From the NCBI GenBank assembly GCA_048882045.1, contig JBHLRZ010000047.1, forward strand, positions 1 through 21,155: a DNA stretch of 21,155 nucleotides. The letters are read 5' to 3'. Within the stretch, counting starts at the first letter, position 1; every line of letters starts with the position of its first letter. Of the stretch, positions 17,801-21,155 are shown piece by piece. This DNA is from Candidatus Thorarchaeota archaeon. Lineage in GTDB: Archaea; Asgardarchaeota; Thorarchaeia; Thorarchaeales; Thorarchaeaceae. Made by a program: the position numbers and the translations under genes. The notes below the pieces were generated by a model. The model made no database searches. It worked only from the letters and a program-made list of their open reading frames with translations, and had not been told where the DNA came from.

Positions 17801-20452
17801 TTCTGGGCCATATTGAACAACACTCGCGATGATGTCCTTATTTCTGGGGCTTTGGTTGTTTATCAGTTGGGAGTTCTAGGTGGCGATCTTACTGAAGTAA
17901 TAATTGATCCAGGTAACTATTCTGTCACTCTTGATACAGGAAATCTCGCTGTCGCTTCGACCTACGTTGTATCAATAACTGCCACACTCAAGAACTATGT
18001 CACAGTGACTGGACAACTTACTGTGAATATACTGAAACTGCCAATTAGCCTGACTGTTGTAAGTGAAGCACAGCCAGATGTCTTCAAGGGCAGTGGAGTG
18101 AATATCACAGTCTACGTCAATAATACCAACAGGAATACTCCATTGTTGGGAGCGACGGTCGAAGTCACGTGGCTAGCACAAGGACCCAAGAGCATCATTC
18201 TTTCTCCCGTTCCAGGCTTGGACGGATATTATACTGGATTTGTTAACACAGATGACCTCTTTGTTGGAGAGTATGTCCTCACCATAACAGCTGATAGAAC
18301 TAACTATGTTACTGCGACTACATCTGTTAGTGTAAGAATCAGACAAATCTCGACAGTTGTTTTCCTTGATGCGCTGACGTCAACCTATGGTACACAGACA
18401 TTCAACTGGTCAGATACAATTCGAATTGGAGTGTACGTTCTTGCACCATCTTTGAACGAATCAGATCCGTTATCTACTGGCTTGGCGAATTGTACTGTGG
18501 TATGGTCCCTATCAGGAACAGGTTATACAGGTGAATTTCTCAACGGATCATTACTTGATAGACCAGGATACTTCTACTTCGATTTTGAAACATGGGACTA
18601 TAAGGCATCTACCTACACGTTGAGAATCACAGCTAAACCCAATATCGGAATGTATGCTTATTCCAGTAATCTCACGACGCTCATCATTGAACCAATTGAA
18701 ACATCAGTAGAATCCACATATCTGAGTCCAAAGATTTGGGGTTGGACTGGATGGATCAATCTCACTTACTGGGATCTTCTATTTGATAGAGGAATCGCAG
18801 GAGCTAATGTTTTGGTGGATTGGAATGGTAGTGAGAGTGTATTCAGAGAACTCGCCAATGGTACCTATCAGATCTTCATAAATGCCTCATTAGTATATCC
18901 CGGAATCTATCCCATTTCTGTCATATTTTCGATTGATAATTACAAGAGTGGTACAGGTGTGTTCACTCTCAATGTGAAAGAGGTTCCAACAGCAATAGCA
19001 GCTTATGCACCTGAGGTCAATCTAATTGATGATGATGTTCTGAATCTCCAAGTGCCATATGGAGATGTGCTTCCACTAGTCTTGTTCTATAATGACACAT
19101 GGTACAATAGAGGGATCCTAGGTGCAACTGAGATGACCGGGGTAATTCTTGGTGGATCCACTCTTGGAACGGACTATCTTCTGATTGAGGAGATAGCAGA
19201 TGGTAACTATAGTCTTCTATTGGATACAACAAGGTGGACTGTGAGTCCCAATCCATATAGACTGATTCTAAGCTTCTATCTTGCCAATTGGAGCAGAGCA
19301 ACAATAGAAATTCATGTCACTATTATCAATGTGCCCACAGGTCTCCAAGTCGAAGGGTCCACTTCCATCATCCTAAACTATGGACAAGAGTACAGTATCT
19401 GGGTATTCTATTTTGATACTTGGGAAAGTCATACAGGAGAGGGTATCGCTGGAGCTTCAATGAATGCAACAAGTCTGGATCCTCGCTTTGTGATTGTATC
19501 ACTGAATCAATCTGACCCTTCAAGACCAGGCTGGTATGAAATCAGAGTTTGGTCCCAAAGGACACAGGGATCTGCAATTGTTTCAATTATCATCTCAAAA
19601 GAGAACTATGATCCTAAAAGTGAGTTCATTACGATTTCAGTAGAACCTTCAGATTTTGACATACTCATTGAGCGAGCAATAGTATTCGGTGTACCAATTG
19701 GACTCGTGATAATAGCAGGAGCTGTTCTCTGGACTCGACTGTTCAGTGTTCCAAAGAGACTTCGAGAAATCAGAGGAATGGTGCGAACAATAAGTAAAGG
19801 TAAGATACCAGAGCCACCCGATAATGTCCCAAGCAGGCAAGAGATTGTCGCAGACCTGTTCAATGATATTGCAGAACCACTCGGTATAACGAAAACAGCT
19901 TCGAGTATGCCAGATGTCGCTGTCGCCACCGATGTTCCTGAAATAGAAGAACTGCTCATTCAATTATCAATCCTGTCAAAGCTCACGGTAGAGGAATTTG
20001 AAGACTTCAAACTCGATGTTTCGAAGATGAAGCTGAGCGAGCAAGTTGCCTTTGTCAAGGAGGTAATCAACCAAGAAGCTATCAAACAAGGAAGAATTGA
20101 TGGAAAACCGATGGAAGAGATTCTTGAAGAATCGGCTGCAAAGGCTCGAGCTTCGCTTACAGGAGAAGAGATTGATCAAGGTTTCGATCGAGAACCAGTT
20201 GAAGAGAAATATGAACCAATCGAGATGGAAGAACTAGAGAAACCTCCTCCAGAACCCGTAGAATTCGAAGAAGTCGACACTACCGATATTCTTGATGAAA
20301 GCGAACTAAAGGAGATGCGCAGACGACTAGTAGATGCTGGAATAGACGGGAGTGAACTTGCAACCATCATGGATCAAGCACGTGAACTTCCAAGAGAACT
20401 TGCAGAGGAGCTTCTAAAAAGCATTCTAGGAAAAGGAGGTGAAGATGAGTGA
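2894..20452 (+). CDS. Giant (~5,852 aa) type I membrane surface glycoprotein / putative adhesin-receptor: signal peptide, CBM-like domains, 7x DUF2341+LamG/ConA-like modules, ~23 Ig-like repeats, TM helix, cytoplasmic tail
   Basis: Uninterrupted 17.5-kb ORF. Start reassigned from 2756 to ATG 2894 because AGGAG lies at 2881-2885, the product then begins with a Sec-type signal MKKAGAALIVVIIFLVPML, and the overlap with the LRR gene disappears. Domain motifs are listed as separate features. Confidence 0.93.
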   Translation: MKKAGAALIVVIIFLVPMLSGPPPVDRFSLFSDAIERADDYLPSDWQDSNSGNGDPLLGNFNGFKVASGTSSLDFSKSGFIGIDPPLGWNSQQLEGQLDHLSIWADGVLVNPNLDSYHEEHWFMTGNPEYNNDPFFTPDGWTIVKFDASGGTEHPQHGVFEINSYSGNGYDNSQGWRFDANPSSGTTLDPSNQMYLSQQISIPWRSIYSAEIKFRYYVSSTSILDNDVFIFTRVEDYISKNNVFVSGTPMDTWLQATNIVPASAFQSMEDLGSMIFDIGLGTDITGIPGASVHEVYIDEVDVRLQVRPFTEQIDLRANGAKVTGSTQGSVSPYVPDGSNRDCYSAPDSNGGSGGVDLNGYGDNGWLDVGADIPAYPDWTTAFSYQAGLQFPLHVPQGSAVTSATLQVEAPSDSTGLPGMRIYVAAEDDVAAFTSGYPLLPDRYNWVNTSIYWRPSTWIANGRYDTPDIAALIQEVVSRPGWQSGNYICVMIDYAYSNQQYAYNQIKGSAGFAQADLARLFVEYTEVDPSDIIPSFQFNKDIVFDHTRVVADLQDFPVLVDIWDEDLHFNTQPDGDDIAFLYNGQVIPHELELFDKKGNGTHAHLVCWVKVPQLSSVEDTTIVMVYGDEDLGSQEDPESVWDSDYSSVLHLDNNPAQPQWDSTYADYLPHQPQILDSTWNNLDGLSYGTMTSSDSVSGQIGNAIDLDGINDFVDFGNPSELQMSGAFTVEAWFNADFIDNDYLVVKSGESNYRGWDLSFDDDPTISPAGWVMFRFSPDGVAMTAVGYERVDTGHWYHVVGVFSPSSYVRFYLNGELAGELTSGVPASVNDPPNRPVRIGRRSDNPGGTSYMDTIVDEVRISTVARSDAWIRTQYNNQKSPHLFLSVGDESANFQYMKDITIDHTRVDSDLEGFPVLIDIFDSDLRTKVQTDGDDIAFLQNGRSIPHEIELFNQQYNSTHAHLIAWVKADLSSAVDTVLTMYYGNPLIGNQENPEGVWGINYFGVWHLGETSGDALDSTYLGIDGTVIGGPTRGVSGAVGNAYAFDGSDDYISLANSYTEVTGTYSFWVYPVGFPPGPNSEVNFMGADAYLNRISYYNSRIRVETATDAEYFDFTSSSIVADDWLYVVFVRSGDFGDLYINGVWIQQDEVVGANTLTVNSIAGTVDLDRMVNGTMDEVRISTAALSAGWIITEYNNQQNPFTFYSLGIEQEVVTPKEVPLDFTYRKDITIDHTKVTSDLYGFPVLIDLYDADLRFNVQPDGDDIVFAMDGWILPHEIELFEQSYNSSHAHLIVWVRADLSASSDTVISMYYGNPTTESYENPHSVWDTSFGAVWHLSEDPSGTVYDSTANGNDGVGLPIGSEPTLQTGKIYGSSEFYGEATNDRIESPHSSSLVLQTDMLVEAWIQTSNTDPTSDVIVAKWGDVGHRNYWLGKLDGSTLAFYVDNTQSVTAPLSWISDGNWHHIVGVADSLGGDLLLYIDGIERGNALYSGSTQTGTSVIQIGNNPGSTGFIQEWDGRIDEVRVSNSYRSLDWIVTEFNNQNDPDSFYSIAGEILSVGNYEFSRQVIVSAGSEPIPAGYSTSITIDHGALVLAGKSQADGDDLRILYWNGLGLIELDRVLDSDSFWSSSTTKLWFKIQSDIPALTSDNNYYLYYGNPSALSPPDNHANVFQFYDGFESGDVSAWDGSYTDTGDSLTVTTEQANTGSYSAKGEVDNQAAAQAMVWKDFSDKTNLLARVHFYISPTFSTTDHVTIMQFVDTSSGWVNQLSLTIRDDMTLYLWNAIAGEAYGYGTTSAISTGSWHMIELQAKFSTTTGEARMWFDGNLEVEETGKNLGAEGVDKFCTVFYWASPQTEPNIVFADDVMLRPYVNPEPTTSFGAEVDQTVQLGYKKDITIDHTKVTADLDDFPLLIDIFDTDLKTKVQPDGDDIIFKSGGVILPHEIEIFEQSYNASHAHLVAWVKADLLSSTDTVITMYYGNPNIDSQENAPDVWNSNFKGVWHLSEDPTGTIYDSSGNLNHGTGYNLQSDDQVSGQIDGSIDFDNVQDHIDCGNDSSLNVGSVDFSLSLWFKYDGVDMGVLAGKGAVLMANRYRLSIESGPGMLMAEIDDNTVAKTIFSTSTYGDNLWHHVSMVRDGNNLRLYIDGVEDPNSPIDITGYGSLDESESFYINAFRSEVGGTIGYWSTANTDEVRVAKLALSPEWIATEYSNQENPASFYTVGPEIIPETEYAQTLEFKYKKELVVDHTKVSEDLVDFPMLIDIFDKDLRTNVQSDADDIMFKTGYVWCPHEIVFFDKTYNETHAHLIAWIKTDLSSTIDTTITMYYGNPELTSQENPSLVWGNYVGAWHLDESPTGLVYDSSPFNNDGVTLGSMSGSDLIPGQIGNGFKLDGIDDMINVSESPSLDSIKYAGTLSLWINWVDSSNGGYQRIMTTSDRFILNPTPPPTILQDDGFEFAVQPDGDNYFYPWGGNSIDYNLATNPFTNSIWHHLAVTLDYSSKSVVIYLDGTPLSFAIENVPTEWTQLASLGDWLWGANQLDAASHFQGRFDEIRVTTAVRSEGWMITEYNNQYDPESFYSVGVAEQISGSGYIFTTNSDTSVTIGAELSLGVQTTTLSYADDFSLGSSFSIVNGSLPIWSANVLVSPPPEIDALSFEISYPEGEWWPFSVKTPSGVEKSFTTDWTCFDGKLIVESTAIDEYGMWKIQFLDRNHVLDMQMGPSGGPYSSSDKFAVGDNIQFRTYSSGITGSTISLELTDPTGSTWYTGTTTFQGERFTLPYYHRKHLTISQTKVAEDLVNFPVLVDIYDADLRTSARPDGRDIAFTIGEETLSHEIELFDQTFNLTHAHLIAWVKVPLLSGSSDTVISMYYDNPLAPIVYASGSVWDSDYVGVWHLGESGSGVVDEYTDSSIYKNNGQGGNGNVGYVPSRVATQIGYGQNFTDHFIDCGNATSLDITNNQITLQLWMQYPSATHPNMGPFNHKGWYSGYRFTMSQNSQNMRINLGPRPTGGTYDLGTSQNIAPNAWHHVVATYDGSLVKFYIDGSQDAATMEMTTNILSALPDSFRIGHADQPEGKAWTFPWLGQIDEVRISNIARSGEWIQTEFENQNNPSGFYSVGAEEDIGYSESASINLDTSAPAGVWHSTARYSDSSSDVNYRAGLFTRSFIVKRGTSLSLTAPGDAVGDGITTKLVGEQLYVEFELEDALDATLVSGATISMNWSVSGVPTDVQLNDYGDGRYGKTLNTTDLDTYGRWRIDIESSHPFYNNATDFFYLDLSHRTFLTYAPPLDVPYGDNLEIRLTLKDNFDNTPLTGAIISCNGTIVGLPTDYGNGTYLVTIDSTGLSTGEHVFRFTATPDTSYLLSSSIDVQFTYRPIATEVTPLTPDTVDAPWGQQANTSVYCYDVDHAEIGVDGGLFSIEPATQILTYDDGGGYYSLTIDVSSLAPGIYYFNLTFSKLNYQSSMSTISITILPHSTTLSVDHNSSIPVGTDVYFDIYWLDLNLDSVVIGNGNLSQVSLDWGTGSDSFFAFGFWLDTSGWAVGSYSINVTVSAIGAPRFYIDSYIVIQLEIRKLNVYLSWDPLEPFPNGNDFVMFVYVNISEPGNPIDGTPITGLDQSYFSATNETGDPYTFKSFSNLGGGVYQITIDYTRFLEGQYKIIVFVDFLPSENYIDRNTPEVLFTYRPILTYLSSPDYPTVTTSFDTNVTVALSYVDIDHVQNITIGTITSEGASIIWQHLGDGVYEVLIIVQGWDLGAHEVNLTADANGYQAKTLTFQILVQIAYAYARSSVSLIDLPVGDTTVFYADYWDITHDEPIIGANINHNWTYALSITWTGDQYRIELPSMNDDLLGSYLIMFNFSKGSNYQFGYFNLSIILRTHLTEFRLAGAVEPTSYNAMVNISIYCGDLDNDAGVIESPVSFSVYGDSGLIPATYVNDTVLGNGYYILSFAAINLGPSGIFELTVYFNWTGPVQKYYDGALVASVKIIGEASDLSLIDSAEPTPYLDNLTYIYLYSELYSGIGISNISAPAGNVFVYVDFVGLSVSPSQYTIREEIGNPGCYSVVFNSTIFGRPGVYTMIVYVNWSRGVDPGYGNWTDTVAVRIIPRSTVVNLIPPESTPFGVNATFSFSFDDVAEASPYRIANGSQMRVSIGLPDYSIIYNESTRMFHVSFNTSVLGAPLGSRQFTIGVTWNGEPYYANVTSRTVIVSVRFRETEFDYSTISPTPYGDNVTLLLTFTDVTSGSNQPIDDGVVTLFNGTQVIPVSEYSFSPIGNGEYEIEFKTTYFAKPGTYSIKVEMNTGHFYYASVTATRSLSLRYRLTVLLIEPVAETPFNNSLEVIFHYSDVLTLADIGNGSTLTSIRILNGSSWIFNSMWRSVSEDYLLTVQTYNQNLEIDKEYVLWIEVSYPDSSPFYLSSETFVSFTLRERPTSLELTTTPEPTQYLENVNFSIYYEDSLSFGGIAGATITLTISGIDLVEGVDYVLESPDEGSYYISLNTTALGAAGATVSLVVQSSWNATAPFYSTSTLILSLSVTQRNSIAEILSSIPQVKFLENITFTIQYSDVTTGSAIQLNKNQMLIYSEGDLLQINDFSMVDLGTSYKISINSSVLNTGLVSNWNITFYIDWQSNVAPYYADGRASARVSVVNRVGIVKSDTTPTVPIHDNMTLEFTYTDDSTHAGINGAIVEFDCLSPSGLIEGVDFWILRNAGNYSILVDTDSLGSTGTFTFSLRLLWNPTLVPFYRNTTTIFLQGSVRLIQAQLTNEEPDPSTVPIDDNVSVVLNFRDLDHVSPIVGAEDSFSVVYKTNASGPTTWSITPISPGVYELIVDCHDAGATGTNALIITLTFSDYQTVEIQVPFQIRLRQGELNELPPPSTYFGETTYVIVELVDVDGGNAPIDGATLTITWPDIGYTPDYTSIGLGLYNITLTTASLDAGLYTLVVGAQVSDYFISDISVPIQIRSIPTELILPQTISDVYWGQDISFWAILNNTRDDVLISGALVVYQLGVLGGDLTEVIIDPGNYSVTLDTGNLAVASTYVVSITATLKNYVTVTGQLTVNILKLPISLTVVSEAQPDVFKGSGVNITVYVNNTNRNTPLLGATVEVTWLAQGPKSIILSPVPGLDGYYTGFVNTDDLFVGEYVLTITADRTNYVTATTSVSVRIRQISTVVFLDALTSTYGTQTFNWSDTIRIGVYVLAPSLNESDPLSTGLANCTVVWSLSGTGYTGEFLNGSLLDRPGYFYFDFETWDYKASTYTLRITAKPNIGMYAYSSNLTTLIIEPIETSVESTYLSPKIWGWTGWINLTYWDLLFDRGIAGANVLVDWNGSESVFRELANGTYQIFINASLVYPGIYPISVIFSIDNYKSGTGVFTLNVKEVPTAIAAYAPEVNLIDDDVLNLQVPYGDVLPLVLFYNDTWYNRGILGATEMTGVILGGSTLGTDYLLIEEIADGNYSLLLDTTRWTVSPNPYRLILSFYLANWSRATIEIHVTIINVPTGLQVEGSTSIILNYGQEYSIWVFYFDTWESHTGEGIAGASMNATSLDPRFVIVSLNQSDPSRPGWYEIRVWSQRTQGSAIVSIIISKENYDPKSEFITISVEPSDFDILIERAIVFGVPIGLVIIAGAVLWTRLFSVPKRLREIRGMVRTISKGKIPEPPDNVPSRQEIVADLFNDIAEPLGITKTASSMPDVAVATDVPEIEELLIQLSILSKLTVEEFEDFKLDVSKMKLSEQVAFVKEVINQEAIKQGRIDGKPMEEILEESAAKARASLTGEEIDQGFDREPVEEKYEPIEMEELEKPPPEPVEFEEVDTTDILDESELKEMRRRLVDAGIDGSELATIMDQARELPRELAEELLKSILGKGGEDE
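3881..4462 (+). other. Beta-sandwich domain of the CBM96/DNRLRE-like, PilY1-associated type within the giant protein
   Basis: AGLQF..VPQGSAVTSATLQV...TPDIAALIQEVVSRPGWQSGN...ARLFVEY resembles the GLRF..IPQGA.I.SA.....TPDL..IIQEIV.R.GW.SGN module of many prokaryotic surface proteins (recognised by pattern, not searched). Confidence 0.55.
4496..10624 (+). repeat. Six tandem ~1-kb DUF2341 + LamG/ConA-like modules (starts 4496, 5567, 6551, 7565, 8546, 9584)
   Basis: Recurring KDITIDHT.V..DL..FP.L.DI.D.DL...VQ.DGDDI.F...PHEIE.F...N.THAHL..WV..DL.S..DT...MYYGNP (DUF2341-like), followed by GVWHL.E...W.H....LY.DG...DEVR.S......WI.TEY.NQ..P..FY (LamG-like). The fourth unit is a divergent subtype. Confidence 0.9.
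11201..12229 (+). repeat. Seventh, detached DUF2341 + LamG module
   Basis: RKHLTISQTKVAEDLVNFPVLVDIYDADLR...DGRDIAF...SHEIELF..NLTHAHLIAWVKVP...GVWHLGE...WHHVVATYDG...IDEVRISNIARSGEWIQTEFENQNNP. Separated from unit 6 by ~190 aa of unrelated sequence. Confidence 0.88.
12371..19648 (+). repeat. Stalk of ~23 degenerate ~100-120-aa Ig-like beta-sandwich units
   Basis: Recurring junction R/K-x-x-T-x-L followed by P-Y/F/W-G-D-N-like motifs, then Y.D, I.GA.I, G.G.Y.I.I.T..L..G.Y. I counted 23 junctions by eye. Very rich in S/T/V/I/Y and N-x-S/T. Confidence 0.75.
19676..19732 (+). other. Single C-proximal transmembrane helix of the giant protein
   Basis: AIVFGVPIGLVIIAGAVLW (19 aa) followed by a basic stretch TRLFSVPKRLREIRGMVRTISKGK (positive-inside rule). 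Confidence 0.85.
20435..20441 (+). promoter_or_regulatory. Shine-Dalgarno site for the downstream paralog, embedded in the last codons of the giant gene
   Basis: GGAGGTG lies 7 nt before GTG 20449, which overlaps the TGA stop at 20450-20452 (GTGA). Confidence 0.75.
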
Positions 20453-21155
20453 GTTTCCTTAACACCACCAAAAATCTGAGATTTCTCCGACTGACTCATC
20501 TAATGAGCCATAGGACCATTGCAAGAGGATTTAGACGATCTTGGTGCAGGACCATTATAGTTTGTATCATCCTTCTCATGTTCTGCTTACCTGTAGGTAA
20601 TAATCCAGATCAGTCTAATTTGGTCACTAAAGAATTTACTACTACACCTCTGCAAAATCGATTTGTCACTACCGAAGATCCACAAACCTACAGTTCATCA
20701 GGATCAGCTCAAACGGTTACATTTAATGGCCTCTTGACAAATGACTCACAAGGCATCGTAATGGTAGATCCATCAACGCCAAATGCAGTTTCAATTCAAG
20801 CACCATCAGGATGGACTGGAAACGGCCTCAGTGGTTCTTTAGATTATATGTCAACAGAATTCAGACCTTTGAGAAACGGTCTTCTTGATGATTATCATGG
20901 AGAACGACACATCTTGCCTGGTTCTCCATGGAATGCGGAGGTCTTCGATGTTCCAGATTATTGGTCACTTTTGAAGAACGGAGATTCAACAAGTCATCCA
21001 ACACACGGAGGACTATATTGGTACACTGCTGCTGGTTCTGGTAGAGACGGTTCTATGGGATGGAGACCTAGCGTACTGTTCTCCTCCGGAACACCACTCG
21101 ACACTGATATGGAATTGTATCTGGTTCAAGATTTGCAAATGCCATGGAGAGATGT
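20449..21155 (+). CDS. N-terminus of a second secreted/surface protein, paralogous to the giant protein (truncated by the window end; alternative ATG at 20503)
   Basis: Not in the ORF track, but the frame is open from 20449 to the end (235 codons). Signal-like RTIIVCIILLMFCLPVG. Colinear matches to the giant protein N-terminus: IQAPSGWTGNGLSGSLDYM/IDPPLGWNSQQLEGQLDHL, LDDYHGE/LDSYHEE, FDVPDYWSLLK/FFTPDGWTIVK, HPTHG/HPQHG, GRDGSMGWR/GYDNSQGWR, SSGTPLDTDMELYLVQDLQMPWR/SSGTTLDPSNQMYLSQQISIPWR. Confidence 0.9.
   Translation, partial: MSFLNTTKNLRFLRLTHLMSHRTIARGFRRSWCRTIIVCIILLMFCLPVGNNPDQSNLVTKEFTTTPLQNRFVTTEDPQTYSSSGSAQTVTFNGLLTNDSQGIVMVDPSTPNAVSIQAPSGWTGNGLSGSLDYMSTEFRPLRNGLLDDYHGERHILPGSPWNAEVFDVPDYWSLLKNGDSTSHPTHGGLYWYTAAGSGRDGSMGWRPSVLFSSGTPLDTDMELYLVQDLQMPWRD

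Noticed and set aside
2991-20370. About 25 short (61-117 aa) ORFs nested in or antisense to the giant gene
   Set aside because: Expected by chance and from codon bias over 17.5 kb. Their composition (e.g. Ser-rich antisense to the Glu-rich tail) mirrors the main frame, and none shows domain motifs.
20521-20600. Twin-arginine (Tat) or lipoprotein signal in the downstream paralog
   Set aside because: FRRSWC does not match S/T-R-R-x-F-L, and there is no L-A/S-G-C lipobox. A Sec-type signal is more plausible.

Overview
Archaeal DNA with the hallmarks of Asgard archaea, most consistent with Thorarchaeia. This taxonomy is inferred from gene content, not from a search. The left 2.8 kb holds, on the minus strand, the 5' end of an archaeal-type aspartyl-tRNA synthetase (aspS), a small winged-HTH regulator whose best RBS/ATG is one base out of frame, and a Rab-like small GTPase with an N-terminal extension and degenerate G1/G3 motifs (probable pseudo-GTPase). 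A cytoplasmic 24-aa LRR protein with a Cys ladder is transcribed divergently. The rest is one giant (~5,850 aa) type I membrane protein. Its order is: signal peptide, jelly-roll/CBM-like N-terminal domains, seven ~1-kb DUF2341+LamG/ConA-like cassettes, ~23 Ig-like stalk units rich in N-glycosylation sequons, one TM helix, and a ~240-aa acidic helical cytoplasmic tail. A paralogous gene missing from the ORF track overlaps its stop codon (GTGA) and runs off the window. The most interesting candidate system is a tandem array of giant modular lectin-like surface receptors/adhesins with cytoplasmic tails, next to an LRR and a pseudo-GTPase. No RNA genes, CRISPR arrays or mobile elements were seen.
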